Shown here: piece after piece, positions 12,780 to 25,780 of the stretch
Position numbering within the stretch: the first letter of the stretch is position 1
Layout of the letters: each line of letters begins with the position of its first letter
The notes under the pieces: generated by a model
What the model saw: only the letters and a program-made list of their open reading frames with translations
Database searches by the model: none
What the model was told of the DNA's origin: nothing
Source of the DNA: Mobula hypostoma
Lineage: Eukaryota
Direction: 5' to 3'
NCBI RefSeq assembly: GCF_963921235.1
Contig: NC_086108.1
Coordinates: 93,932,001-93,996,000, forward strand
Length of the DNA: 64,000 nucleotides
Program-made: the position numbers and the translations under genes

Positions 12780-13480
12780 TTACCCAGTTTGGCAGTCCTA
12801 GTCCTGATGCTCCTGTACCTCCTTCCTGATGGTAGTGGGTCAAAGAGATTGAGGGATGGGTCTCTTTGACCCTCAACAATACTTCAGGCCCTTTGTGAGC
12901 AACGCTCCCACTAAATGTCACAAATAGTGGGGAGGGAGAACCCGGTTACTCTTTTGCCGGTTTTTACTATCCTCTGTGGGACCTTGCAGTCTGATGCCTT
13001 GCATCTTCTGTACCACACGATGATGCAGCTAGACAGTACACAGTCAAAGATGCTCCTGTAGAAAGTTGTTAGAATGGGGATGGGGAGCCTTGCACGCTTC
13101 AATCTCCTCAAAGTAGATGCTGCTGTGCCTTCTTGACTAGTGAGGAGGTGTGGGTCCAGGTTAGATTGTCCATTATGTGCATACCAAGGAACTTGGTGTT
13201 ATTTACTCCCTCCACAGCAGAGCCATTGATGTGCGATGGAGAGTGATCAACAATCATTTTTTTTTTATCTTGTCCGCGTTGAGACTCAGATTGTTGTTCT
13301 CACACCATTTGACAAGCCTCTCTACCTCCTCTCTATAGGCTGATTCATCATTGTTGCTGATGAGGCCAACCAATCTCTGTAGCATCATCAGTGAGCTTGG
13401 TAATGCAGTTTGAGCTGAGTCTGGCAGTGCAGTCATGAGTCAGCAGTGTGGACAGCTGGGGGCAGAGCACACAGCCCTAT
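12780..13480 (-). mobile_element. Rex1/Babar LINE 3' fragment
   Basis: GLISNNDESAYREEVERLVKWCENNNLSLN; LRRLKRARLPIPILTTFYRS. Confidence 0.8.
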
Positions 13481-13699
13481 ATTATCTGGCAACTAAGCCC
13501 AGTTGAATGAATGACTTGTTAGTTTCAGTTTGTCAATCCAAGTATGTTTGTTTAGGATGTACTGTTTCCTTACTGGGAGCAGATTGGTCAGCTTCTGACT
13601 TATTTACTACCATCAACAGCTTTTACCCTATTGGATAAAAGTCTTGCTGAGCCTCCTACTCTCTGAATTTTTATTGGGAACCTAACAACTAGCGGAGAT

Positions 13700-14245
13700 A
13701 GGGCCCTCTGTTGATTAGGGTCAACCGTGGATGTTGTGTTCTAGCTGCCTACGCAAATCAGGGCAGTACGATACGGAGAGCAAACTGTTGCCCAAGCAGC
13801 AGGCTCCCCCACTCCAGACAGCTGAGGAATCTAGTGGAACAGCAGAGACTGATACAATTTGGCACACTGGCTTCCCAGGAGTTGCCAGTCGGCGCTGAAC
13901 TCGATGTAGGACCGCCTTTGAGCCTCCATCTCCGGATTTTTCCTCAGGTTTACCCACCAGGCAGAAGAGATTTGAGATCGGAGTTTTCCTTCTAGATGAG
14001 CTGCCAACCACGGCTGATGAGCCCCATCTGCCCAAAGCCACTGGTTTTAAGGCACCCAGTAACCTGCCTTCGCCCTTTCTTCTGTCGGTGGAAACAGCTC
14101 CGCCAAGCTCAGTAGCTAAGCCCCACGCGAAAGGCAGGAGATGGACTTGTTTGATAGAGGCTATTTGAGATGCTCACCATTGGAAGCATTTAATGGATAA
14201 TGGGAGCTTATCCCCACTACTCCCCCCAGCTACGACAAACTAACG
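13700..14245 (-). mobile_element. RTE-clade 5'UTR-like / non-autonomous element
   Basis: Shares motifs (ggatgttg..ctagctg..gggcagtacgatacggagagc..gttgccc) with the RTE-like body of the SINE at 59934-60239; recognised by pattern only. Confidence 0.45.
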
Positions 14246-15499
14246 AAACCAAGTACATCAAATAATCTGGGGTGGGTGGGGGGGGGGGGCAGAGGGAGTT
14301 GCCAGATGAGGTAAAGGTGAGAAAATATTCAGATATCTTTTTCTGGTTTTATTCCTATCAAACTGTGTGATTGGCAAGCCATTAAAACCCGGGTGTTCAG
14401 AGAGATCTGGATATCCTCATACAAGGAATAAAGTTAACAAATAAAACAAGTGGCCTTCATTGCAAAAGAGATGGAGTACAAGAATAACGTCTTGCTATAA
14501 TTGAGAGATTACACAGGGATTGAAGGATTACACAGGCTGCATACAGTTTTGATCTCAGTGCCTCCTTCCTGGATTAAGTCCACATCCGTTGGATCGCTTA
14601 ATATTTAATTTGCAAATCCTTCACAACCCTCTTGAAAAGAAAATTTGAGAATATCAAAGCTTTAAAGAAATTTCCTCTCAGCTGTGTGTTATTCTAGTCA
14701 ATCCATTATTTTCACGCTGATCCAGGGACAGCTTCTTCCACTAGGCCATCAGACTGATATAATTCACGCTAACACAATTGTATTTCTAAACTATATTGAC
14801 TATTCTGTCGAATACTTTACTGCACATACGATTTATTATAAATTACTATAAATTGCACATTCAGGCGGAGATTTTTACTCCTCGTGTACGTGAAGTATGT
14901 CAGAAATAAAGTGAATTCAATTCAATTTGTCCAGTGTACTGCAATTCTTTTTTAATCATTAGAAATACACAACGGTAAAATCTTCCCTATAACAAATGTT
15001 AATAGTCCATTTACAGTAAGAAGGATATGGCTACTATAGTGACCTCCAAGTTCATCCTCGGTTGTGAATAATCGCCGACAAAATAGTTCAATGTAATTCT
15101 GCGTAGTGCACATTTTTGCAGTAATTAAATAAAGGGTAAAATTTAAACAGTGCAGAACGGAACGCGTCAGACCAATCCACCTGCAGAGGATGAAATACAT
15201 CAATACATCACTCATAGTGCGGCAGTATCATCAGCAGAAAGGATGCTATATTAACAGGGAAGGTTTACAGCAACGTAATGCCACTGATGACTGAAGTTGA
15301 GTAAAATAACGTTTGTGTATACAAGTGCGATAAATATAACACCCAGTTAGCCTGACGATAAACCTCACTGAGCCGACTGGAGCTTGTTTCGCCTCGCTAT
15401 CAATCGCTGGCGACGCAGTAAAAGGACAGAGACAACAGTCTGCAGATGCTAACACCTGGAACAAGGTTCACCGTCCACTTCCCTCCATAGACGCTGCCT

Positions 15500-15607
15500 G
15501 AGCCCGGAGCGATGGCGTGCCCGATTCGCGGTGGCACCAGGCGGAAGTGTCCGAGGGAACCTCTCGGTGGGACACCGAGCGGAAGTAGCGTGCAGTCGGC
15601 CGGCGAG
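15500..15607 (+). promoter_or_regulatory. DNTTIP2: CpG-rich TATA-less DNTTIP2 promoter/5'UTR with tandem ETS sites
   Basis: CGGAAGTG 15542-15549 and CGGAAGTA 15580-15587; local CpG enrichment; directly upstream of ATG 15608. Confidence 0.7.
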
Positions 15608-15649
15608 ATGGTGCAGACGCGGAGCGGCCGGCGGACTCTGGTCTCCTTG
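15608..15649 (+). CDS. DNTTIP2: DNTTIP2 exon 1 (MVQTRSGRRTLVSL)
   Basis: Resembles human N-terminus MVVTRS; donor GTAAGT at 15650, phase 0. Confidence 0.85.
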
Positions 15650-18086
15650 GTAAGTGCGGGGATGACCTGGTGTTCCTCTCCGGTGCAGGGCAGGCTGGGG
15701 TGGAAGTAGGAAGGATCGCACTTAGGTGTTTGCAGGCAGGAATTGGGGCAGGCGGTGCAGCTTGAGTGGGAGGCATCGAGTGCTCGTGGCCGGGACAGGG
15801 CCAGTGGCAGGAGACTTCAGTCTGTCCGCTTCATCTTCACCCGAGGTGTGGTCACTGGAAATGTGTCAGCTTCAAACACAGGGGACGACCCGAGTGGCAA
15901 ATTTTTCATGAAGGTGGTGGCCAGTCGAGCTGTCAGAAGAAGTGGTTGAGGCAGACACAGTAGTATAATTTAAGAAGCACTTAGGTAGGTTCATGGAGAA
16001 ATATAGATTTAACCCAGTAAATTGGAACTAACTGGGTGGGCACCGTCGTCGGCATGGACTGGTTGGGCCGAAGGGGTTGTATTCCTGCTGAGTTTCTCTT
16101 TGCCTATGACAACCAGCACCTGCACACAGGAATGTGTTGGGGTACCCTGACTAGGGTAGGGTATTGGGCAGAATATAGTTCCACCGCAGGTCACCACCGT
16201 ACACTTGTGTACAGTAACAAATAATCTGTTGGAGGATCTCGGCAGTCTGAGGAGCATCTTTTGGGCTGTAAGGAACTATTGACATTTGATTATCCTGATG
16301 TAGGGTATCAACCCAAAATGTCTACCATTCTTTTTCCTCCCACTGACACTGCTTGACCTGCTGAGGTCTTCCAGCAAATTTGTTCTTGCTTCAGATTCCA
16401 TCTGTAGTCTCTGAAGCCTTGGTTTGTGTACAGCCTGTACATAAAGTGAGTATTTGTAGGGCTGCAAGTATCTTCTGCAGCCAGGGAACTTGGTTTGCGA
16501 CTGCATTTCAGACTTGTGAACTGTTGGAGTTACAAACTGTTCAAAGGAACGGTATTCTGCCTTACCCTGGGGAGGACTGAGATGGAACAACTCCCCTGCT
16601 CTTCCTTGAAATGGTGAAGTGGGATCTTTTGTTATGAACCTGAAGGAGCATTTGTTGGGTACAGTTTGATGGTAACGATCTCCAAGAGGATACATGCCCC
16701 TCGTTCCTTTCTTTGCACTGCTGTATTGAGTACAATGAGAAGTGATGATGGTGATATGAGGATGCAGGTGCTGGGATCTGGAGGAGATGCTGGGTACAGT
16801 ATGTGGATGATAGGCAGTTGGAATCAGGTGCGGGAAGGAAAGAAATTGGGAAACAGGAGACTCAAGGGACTGCAGATACTGGAATGTGGAGCTATAAACA
16901 ACCTGCTGGAGGAATGATACAGACCTGATGCAAGGTTTCAACCCAAAATGACAATACATACTCACACACTCTTCCAACTGATGGAGAAGGGAGGGTTAGT
17001 TTGATGTGAGAAAGGTTTATTTTATTGTCAAAATATACATGTACAATACACTTTGGCATTTGTCTACTCCTGATAGACACTGAATACAGAAAATCATGAG
17101 TGTTGATGAAAGAAAAGACATCAACTCCCCCTCACCTGCAGCAAGAAACAGCCACAAAAACAATCAGCAATCCTCTACACATAACAATCCCCGACCCCTT
17201 AATCCAATAATCACATAAATCTCAGAATATGGGAGGCGTCTTTTTGCTATATATGAGGAGAGCAGCCGCATGAACTCGGACCTTCCATAAAGAGTGACTG
17301 CCAACCTGGGTCCTAATGGCGCCAATCCAGGGGCAAACGCCACCCGCCCCGGCCTGGGTCTGAATGCTACCGCCCATCTGGGTCCGAGCTGTCTCTGACC
17401 CCCTCCACATTCACCTCAATACTTCAATCTTCCTTGCTGCTTCCAGATAGAGTTGTTCATTTCTGGTCTTTTCCACAAGTCAGCTTGTGTTCTCGGACCT
17501 CCCCCCGCCCCAACACCCCCACCCCCAGTGTCTGATCTCCACAAGGCAGCTCTCTGGACACGGCACAGTGCATGATTGTCCTCCGATCGAGATTCAGACT
17601 GTATGTCATAGGCTCCAACAGTTTCCGTATGTGCTGAGGGACCTGAGATTGGAGAATTGGTTGTTTGTGCTGTTGGGTTGAAGATAGCCCATGCAAAATA
17701 TAAGCTTCAGTTCCTCTTGTTTGCATTTGTCCTCATCCTAGAGTAGAGGAGGCCAAGGACGGAGAGGTTGGTGTGGGAATGGAGAGGGGAGTTGAAATGG
17801 CGCACAACACTGTGCTTAGGGTAGCCATTGTCGTTAAAAAAAACTCCACCCTCTGCATGAAGAAATTTCTCCCCATTGCATTCCTAAATGGCCAATCATG
17901 CCTCTCTCTGCTCACTTCAACAAAGAGGTACAAAAAAAGTTGTTTCATGTATGATGCAAAAGATGTTAGTGTTGACAATAAATTCTCAAAAGAGAGCCAG
18001 TGATGGTAGATACTGAAGCTTGCCTTTTCTTTATTGTTCATCTTCACTGAAAAATTAAAAGTGCACCCATAATTCTTTATTTTTAG

Positions 18087-18880
18087 GAAGCGGTACCTGG
18101 AACACCGGCCAGTCAAAGGAAGGGCAGGAGTAGGAGGTCTGAAGCTAATACAGAAAGCTGTACTGAATCTGAATTCAACAACAAAGTACGAGAGAAAGAG
18201 AAACGCGTTGTTTGGGCTAAATCGCAACCCAGTCCAGTGCAGCCAGGAGAAAGCCGATTCGACGACATAGAAGATGAGGCTAAAACCAAGAAGGAAAATT
18301 TGACTGAAGTTGAAGGTTTCAAAATTGGTATTGAAATAACTAAAGAGGATAAGTCGTCGTCCAGTCCAGTCCAGTCAAAGGAGCTCAGCAATGAATTGGA
18401 ATGCGATGATTCTAATATAGAAAGTAATGTAGACTCGGAGACCAAGATACATGAAACTGGTGATAAAATAGACCAAAAGACAAATAATCAAGAAAATAAA
18501 GGAGGCAGTTTAGTTTGCAAGACTCCCGATGTTATCAGTTTACAGCTTAGCAGTGATGAAGACCAAAATAGTCTGCCTGATGGCAACAGTGACGTAGAAT
18601 CCAGCAGGGATGCTATTCCTGGACAGTCTGCCATTCCTTCTGTAACAGCAGGAAGTCCTTCGGAAAAGGATAGCAACCTCTTTGTAATTGACACACTGCC
18701 TGGAATAGATCAAGAAAGAAAATTTTATTTGGACTCGAGTGGAAAAGAGGATAGTGAGGAAAGTGAGGCAGAAACTGGGGACAGAGGCAAAGAATCAGAA
18801 GAAGAGGATGAAGATGATTTTATCGACGAAGAAGAGGATGAAGAGGAAGAAGAGGACATTTTGAACACCAAGTCCAGACT
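18087..18880 (+). CDS. DNTTIP2: DNTTIP2 exon 2 (acidic low-complexity region)
   Basis: Acceptor ttttag at 18086; open frame with LSSDEDQ, NLFVIDTLPG..FYLD, acidic tract, ILNTKSR; donor GTAAGT at 18881, phase 2. Confidence 0.92.
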
Positions 18881-18887
18881 GTAAGTA

Positions 18888-19485
18888 GAGGTATGCGTCG
18901 CTTAACGTCCACGATACGTTCTGTGAAATCGGATGTTATGTGGTTTGGACATTATGCGAACACCTTATTATATACTTAGCAAACCTACATGGGGTACCGT
19001 AGTGTACCTGTATTGACTAAACCCATGTCATTAGCAAATTCTCCATATCCGATATAGGTCCCCCTTGCATTTTCGTGAGCCTTGTAGTTTTCAGTGAAGC
19101 TGATCCTTTAACAGCTTCGAGAATTTTTTCTTTGTTTTTCAGGATCGTCGTGATTGTCAGGTGCGACATGCCTAAATTCCGAGCGATAGCATTAACTGGT
19201 TTTCCACCTTCATATTGTTTAATAACTTTTTGTTTCACTTCCAAATCAATACTTTTCCTTTGCCTCTTGCTATCACTAGGAGTGGTTTTGCTGCGTTTGG
19301 AAGCCATGTTGCACTTTACGGTAATATTTTCAGAAGAAAATTAAACAGAGAGATAATGCTACTACACTTAAGAGACGCGCTATACACAAAATTGGTACGT
19401 CCGCTATGTCACATTCTCCAATCGGGACTACGGACGTATATGCAATCCGATGCATATCGAATGGACGTTAAGTGGCACACACCTG
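18888..19485 (-). mobile_element. Tigger/pogo (Tc1-mariner superfamily) deletion derivative
   Basis: 23-bp imperfect TIRs gaggtatgcgtcgcttaacgtcc / ggacgttaagtggcacacacctg, TA TSDs; ORF 19017-19307 KRQRKSIDLEVKQKVIKQYEGGK..IARNLG is a CENP-B-type HTH. Confidence 0.88.
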
Positions 19486-19819
19486 TATTAGAAAAGATTT
19501 AAATATTGGTTAACAGTTGCAAAGTAGTGAATTGTGTTAATATATGTTAATTGTGCTCAGTCTAACCCAGTATCCCTAGTTTTTGCATGCTTCCCCAGAA
19601 ATGGCACGGAAATGGTCCACCAACATAACACACACATCTGATCTCCACCCATTTCTCTGACTTCCTTGTCACGTGTAGTCATGGAAGTGAGAGTGGGGAG
19701 GAAATTGCCTGCAGTTTCCTGCTGGCCAGAGGTCAGAACGTTTTGGCCAACAAAAAGCACTGAATGAGTTGATGTAAAAGACACTAGTCATTGTACACTA
19801 ACAAGTCACACAGCACGGA

Positions 19820-20035
19820 AACGTAGTGATTAGCACAACGCTTTACAGTACCAGCAGGGATCAAGTCCCACCGCTGCCCATACATTCTCTCCGTGACGGC
19901 GTGGGTTTCCTCCAGGGGCTCGGGTTTCTTCCCACAGTCCAAAGTCGTGCTGGTCATTGTAAATAGTCCCGTGATTAAATTGGCAGATTACTGGGTGGCA
20001 CGGCTCGAAGGGTGCTGTATGTTAATCAAATAAAA
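19820..20035 (+). mobile_element. V-SINE-like element
   Basis: Core motif ttctctccgtgacggcgtgggtttcctcc..ggtttcttcccacagtccaaag; further inverted degenerate copies at ~20210-20690 and ~45195-45380. Confidence 0.6.
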
Positions 20036-21327
20036 GTTTAAAAAAATAATATCATGACTATTGGTAATAGACAATTTCCAAAACTAAATGGTCCTTGCAG
20101 TAAGTAGACAAAATTGGAATAAAATGCAATCTGTTTACACTCACCTTGAATTTAAATGGAATTGGAAGTTTAGAAAAGACTTATTTATTCATTCGTGCGT
20201 TTACTTAGTTAGAGATACAGGCCCTTCCGGCCCACCAAGCAACCCACTGATGTTAACCCAAGCCTAATCACAGAACAACTAACCTACTAACCGGTACATC
20301 TTTGGACTGCTGGAGGACACCAGAACACTGGGAGGAAAACCACGTGCACACAGGCTCCTTACGGAGGACACTGGAATTGAACTCTTGACAGCCTGAGCTG
20401 TAGTAGCGTTGCTGTAATCGCTACGCTCCAATGATGCCCTATTTCATTGACATACAGTACGGAGTAGGCCCGTTGAGCCCTTCGAGCCACACCACCCAGC
20501 AATCGCCCGGTTTAATCCTAGCCTAATGATGAGACAATTTACAATGACTACCAGAAGGCACGCATATGCCTTTGGGCTGTGAGAGTAAACCTACGCAGTC
20601 CTGGGGAGAACGTACAAGATCCTTACAGGTAGTGGCAGATACTGAACCCGGGTCGCTGATACTCTATAACCACTACGCTACCCTGCCGCCCCAGTCTTGT
20701 GTTATTACCATGATCTTTTACTGTGAATTGAAATGTCATTTAAAAATAACTTATAATCTTTACATTCAAGTATTGAAAGTAAAATTCAAACCATAAGCAT
20801 CACCTCAAATATATTCATTTTGGCCAAAGCCTTGAAATACAGCTGTTTACTGAAACTAAGCAGAATTTAGTTCAAAATAACAATTCTGTTTAATCTCAGG
20901 TGAAACGTATGAGGGAGAAATTTCTTAAATTTCCTCTGGAGGAAATCAAAGAGTAAAATAATTCAGAAAGATGAAAAATAAGCCTGTTGGTAACTGCAGT
21001 AACAGCAGACGTGTTCCAGTTGGGATTATTGTTCAACGATAAGAATGCAGGGATTGATCAGGGATCACATTTCCATTCTGTTCCCACCAGGGCACCCCCA
21101 GTACTTCCAGTGCTATTGGAAAGAGTCGAAATGTTCGTGTAGGCAGAGAAGTTGAGCAGGGATGTATGATAGCTGACTATGCTCAGGTGACAAAGACATG
21201 GCCTTCAGTATGAATCGAAGCAATGATGCCTTAATCTTTGGTTCCTGTTTTAAATGTTACAAAGTTTATAGATAAAACTGTTGGAAAACTTGTCAAATAT
21301 TAATGGAACCTTGTTTATATGTTTCAG

Positions 21328-21463
21328 AATAGACTCTTCAACCAGTATTGATACAGGACTAAATCTCAAGGCACTAGGTGGCCTTTACATAAATTTTAAT
21401 GCTGACAAGCGTACCAATTCCAAAGACATAAAAAATCTTAAGGATCAAAATGAAAAAGATGAG
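21328..21463 (+). CDS. DNTTIP2: DNTTIP2 exon 3
   Basis: IDSSTSIDTGLNLKALGGLYINFNADK..EKDE; tttcag acceptor, GTAAGA donor. Confidence 0.95.
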
Positions 21464-22269
21464 GTAAGATGTTTAGCTGCATTCTGACCTTCTTGCCAAT
21501 CAATCTGATTGAAATCCACTGGAAATTGGAAATAAAAACAATGCATGAAACACTGAAATACAGGTGGCATCTCTGAGGGAGAAAAGAAATCAGATTGATA
21601 ACCTTTTAGTACAAATGCTATAAATTACAGAGGAGGCTGGAGAAAGGCTGGAGAGAGGTAAAAGTGGCTGTGATAGGGCAGAGACTGAAGAGGCTAGCTC
21701 TTAAAGAGGATGAAAGTTTGTTAGTTTGGCAGCAGGTCAGAGAACATCTCTGCAGAGAAGAACTCCATAATTTAAGATAATTCATCATCCGTGTTGTCTG
21801 ACGTAGGCAATCATTGTCTCATGACCATGATTGCTCTTGGCAAATCTTTCTACAGAAGTGGTATGCATAGCTGCTTTCTGGGCAGTGTCTTTACAAGATG
21901 GGTCATTATCAATGCTCTTCAGAGATTGCCTGGCATCAGTGGTTGCATAACCAGGAGATACACCAGCTGCTCCCATGATCTCACGTGACCCTGATCATTT
22001 CCTCGAATGAGATTGCAACGAGCAAGCTCTCACGCCCATTCCTCATTGCTTTCTCTCTTGCTCTCCACTCAATCACAGCTATTGATTGTTCCTTCCATCA
22101 CTTTCTTTTTTTTCTCTCCCTACAAGTTTAATCACATTTGGTCGTCAATCTGAAATGTTAACTGGGCATCACCTTTCCTTCCTCATCATATATCTGAGGT
22201 CAAAAGAAATTAGATTGCCCCTTTTCCAACTTAAATCTGGTCATAATCATCCCTTGTGCTTGCTGGAGA

Positions 22270-23175
22270 GGGTCAGCACTTCATCACAGTAGATGTGAGT
22301 GGCACTGGGCGATAGTCATTTAGACAGCTCATCCTGTTGTTCTTGAGCACTGGTACGATTGCCACCCTTTTGAAGCAGGTGGAACCTCCAGCTGCGGCAG
22401 TGAGAGATTGAAGATGTTCTTGAACGCTTCTGCCAGCCGGTTAGCACAGGTTTTCAGAGCCCTACCAGGTACACCAACTAACACCTTGAGAGAGTTCACT
22501 CCCTTTTAAAAGAAAAACAGATCACAGGATCACTGGATGCGACAGGGATTTACGTAGATGTAGTTTTATTCTCTCTTTCAGAGTGTGCACAAAAGTGTTG
22601 AGCTCATCTGAGAGTGAAGCGTCACTGCCATTCATAGTGTTAGGTTTCACCTTGTCAGAAGTAATGGCCTGCAAACCCTGCCAGAGCTGACGTGCATCCA
22701 ATTCCGTCTCTAACCTCAATCAGAATTGTTTTTTCACTCTTAAGATAGTCTTCTGTAGGTCTTTGGTCTTGAATATTACAGAGCTAGTCCTCAGCAAACT
22801 ACGGTCTGATCCATCCACGGCTTTTGAGTTGTGAATGTTTCGTATGTTCTCAAAAACACACGCTCATCCACTGGGATTTTGATGAAGTTGGTGACAACTC
22901 TGGTATATTCATTCAGACCTGAAGCTGAATCACTGAATATTGTCCAGTTCACCACTCAAAGCAGTCCTCCGGCTCTCCGCCTCCCTTGACCACTGGTGCT
23001 GTGGGCTTTAGTCTCTGCTTATACGCTGGGAGCAGAAGTATAGCCAGGTTCAGAGTTTCCAAAGTGTGGGTGTGGGATGGCGCAGTAAGTGTTCCAAAGT
23101 CTGGGTGTGCAGTAACGCAGTAGGTGTTCTTGATGGTGGTCAAGTGTGTTGGCTCCTCCAGTTCCACAGGTGATA
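22270..23175 (-). mobile_element. Rex1/Babar LINE fragments (degenerate)
   Basis: DARQLWQGLQAIT..SLSDELNTF; LLLPAYKQRLK. Confidence 0.7.
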
Positions 23176-23179
23176 AGTT

Positions 23180-23680
23180 AGTGGATCCAGAGGAGGTCAC
23201 GAGAATGATCCCAGAAACATATGAGAAGAGTTTGGCTATGGGACTGTACTCACTGGAGTTTAGAAGAATGGGAGGCAGGCAGGGGATCTTAATGAAACCT
23301 ATCAAATAATAAAGTGATATAGTATAATAAATAGATCAAGTAGATGTGTCAGTGATGTTTCCTATAGTAGGGGAGTCTAGGACCAGAGGACACAGCCTCA
23401 GAATACAGGAACATACCTTTAGAACAGAGATGAAGAGGAATCTCTTTAACCAGATTGTGATGGGTCTGTGAAATTCATGGCCACAGACAGCTGTGGAGGT
23501 TGAGTCATTAGTATATTTAAAGTGGAGGTTTAGTAAATCTTGATTAATAATTGTGTCCAAGTTACAGGGAGAAAGCTGGTGAAGGGACTGAGAGGGATAA
23601 TAAGTCAGTCATGATGGAATGGTAGAACAGTCTTGATGGACCGAATGGCCTGGTTCTGCTCTTATGTCTTGTGGTCTATG
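23180..23680 (+). mobile_element. CR1 LINE 3' end
   Basis: GLYSLEFRRM; CR1-type 3'UTR gatggaccgaatggcc and tandem tail. Confidence 0.75.
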
Positions 23681-24076
23681 TTGGTTCCTGGAAAAGCTTT
23701 AATTTCTTCTATTAAATGCCTGGAGTGACATTTAATCACTGTAATCTCCTACAGTCTTTGGCCCTTTCTAAGTTGAAATACTTCACACTCCTGGCATACT
23801 TCCAGCTGCTAGTCATAACTTGCTCCTCCAACTTTCTTTCCATGTTTACCTTTTTTTCATCCTTTGATTCTCCTTCAGACCTCCTCTGACCAAGCTTTTA
23901 GCCTGCATTTCTAAAATTTTCTGATGTGGTTACTGTTAACTTTTTATTTGTTAATGCCTTAAGATCTTTTTGCCTTGGTAAAGGTGCTATATGATGCATT
24001 TGGTCAGTGTAGAATTTGAACAAGTAACAGTGGTTTCTGTTTGAAGATTTTGTAATTTGCTCTTTCTGTTCCTTAG

Positions 24077-24172
24077 CTATTAAAAAATAGCATCCTTACA
24101 CCAGAGTTTGAAAAACAAGATAATGTTCCAGCTCTGAAGGTGTCTGAACGCCAACTGAAAAAACAGCGCAGG
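24077..24172 (+). CDS. DNTTIP2: DNTTIP2 exon 4
   Basis: LLKNSILTPEFEKQDNVPALKVSERQLKKQRR; ccttag / GTAAGT. Confidence 0.95.
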
Positions 24173-24296
24173 GTAAGTCGGAGACGATAGCATTCTACTT
24201 GCAATGTATTTAAAAACAAGGCTCAAAGTAAAATAGTTCCTTTGGATATTCTGCTCTTTAATAGCATCCTATTATTGATCATTTTTCCACATTTAG

Positions 24297-24461
24297 AAAG
24301 AGCGTGCAAAGACGGCAGGGGACAGTTGGTATAACATGAAAGCTCCTGATTTAACAGATGAATTGAAGATGGATCTACAGGTCTTAAAAATGAGAGCTGC
24401 CATTGACCCTAAACGCTTCTACAAGAAGAATGACAGAGATGGCTTCCCTAAGTATTTCCAG
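24297..24461 (+). CDS. DNTTIP2: DNTTIP2 exon 5 (Fcf2 domain)
   Basis: KERAKTAGDSWYNMKAPDLTDELKMDLQVLKMRAAIDPKRFYKKNDRDGFPKYFQ; tttag / GTATGA. Confidence 0.97.
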
Positions 24462-25670
24462 GTATGATCACAGTAGGTGAGCTGTGCTGTATAACAATTA
24501 AGCTTTGTTTAGGTAATAACATACAACAGTTTGTTGGCACACTGAACAGAAGCTACCAACATCTGCATTGGTAGTAATTCCTCTTAATGCAAGCTTGCTA
24601 ATTTAGTAGTACTTCTCTGACTCGAAGTTCCTCCAGTGAGACGCTGTGGGAACTCCATCACCTTGTGACTCATGCCTGGTATTGTTCTGCTGACTGTTGT
24701 AACTTAACACAACATTATAGACACAGAAGTGGAGCTCTGGGTCGTTTCAAATAAACTACCTTAAATCCTAAGTCTTTATCTACCTGGAGGCTGGAAACAG
24801 AAGGTCATTTGAAAGCATGATGGATACTGAGTTCACAGTTACCCACAAATGCATTATGATTGGGATAATATGTGTTGTATCCATTTGATAAGAGATTGAC
24901 TTGAGAGAGTCTACTGTTCCTAAATAGGCTCACATTGTAGGAAGAACTTCAAACCAGTTTTCAAGTAAACTGCGTACTGCCTAGACTAGAAAAATCTCTT
25001 TGGAGTAGAGTTGAAGTATTGGCTTTGAATTGATAGAGTTGAACTAAATTAGATTGTTCCCACATTGGGATTCTCAGAAAAAGTTACCTGGTTTGGATAA
25101 TTGGTGAGGGTAAAGTTGTTCATGGTTTCATTCTCCTTGTAACTGCTTATTGACTATTCTGGGTTTGATGCCAATTTATTTTAAAAAACACATTGGGCTC
25201 TTTCCATTACTTCTCATGGAAAAATATTTCATGATGTAAGGGTGCACCTTCTTCATTTTTGACTTAATGAAATAATACTCTCTCCATTGACGCCTCCCCT
25301 AAGGAAATAATGGTTCTTCTCTCGCTCTATCAAATCCCTGAAGCATTTGCGTCTCTTAAACCTCATACTTTCAGCTGGTCATTAGCACCAGCCCGCAGGT
25401 TCTGTCGATTATCAGCACCTAGTCCAATGGGCAACTTGTGAACAGCAATGTGAAATGTTATTCCTTTGGCAAAAGTAAGAGAAATCAAAAATATTTTGTA
25501 TTTTAGGAAAAATTCTCCACTAATAAATGAAATACAGTATGTTTATTAATACTTTGGAATCTAACATGTTTTTAGACTATGAATTCATCCAGTGATATGT
25601 GCTTCAGCAATTTGTTTGGAATGTATCATGATTGTTACAATGTGTAACCACTCATATAAATCTTTTATAG

Positions 25671-25780
25671 GTTGGTGAAGTTCTGGACAATCCAGCAGAT
25701 TTCTATCATTCTCGATTACCTAAGAAGCAAAGAAAACAGACGATGGTGGAGGAGCTGCTGGCGGATGCACAATTCCGACG
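25671..25780 (+). CDS. DNTTIP2: DNTTIP2 exon 6 (Fcf2 domain)
   Basis: VGEVLDNPADFYHSRLPKKQRKQTMVEELLADAQFR; tatag / GTATGC, phase 2. Confidence 0.97.

Larger units (their letters stand above)
10445..12780 (-). mobile_element. CR1 LINE (ORF1 esterase 3' part plus APE domain), degenerate, host to two younger insertions
   Basis: LKCVYFNAKSI, VMGDFNFPNIKW, GFKFLDYWNLFWGR; boundaries approximate. Confidence 0.8.

Noticed and set aside
1..15400. GCLM exons expected upstream from recalled human synteny
   Set aside because: No recognisable GCLM peptide found; region is almost entirely repeats
19017..19307. TIGD-family gene nested in DNTTIP2
   Set aside because: Only the HTH remains, bounded by TIRs and TA TSDs
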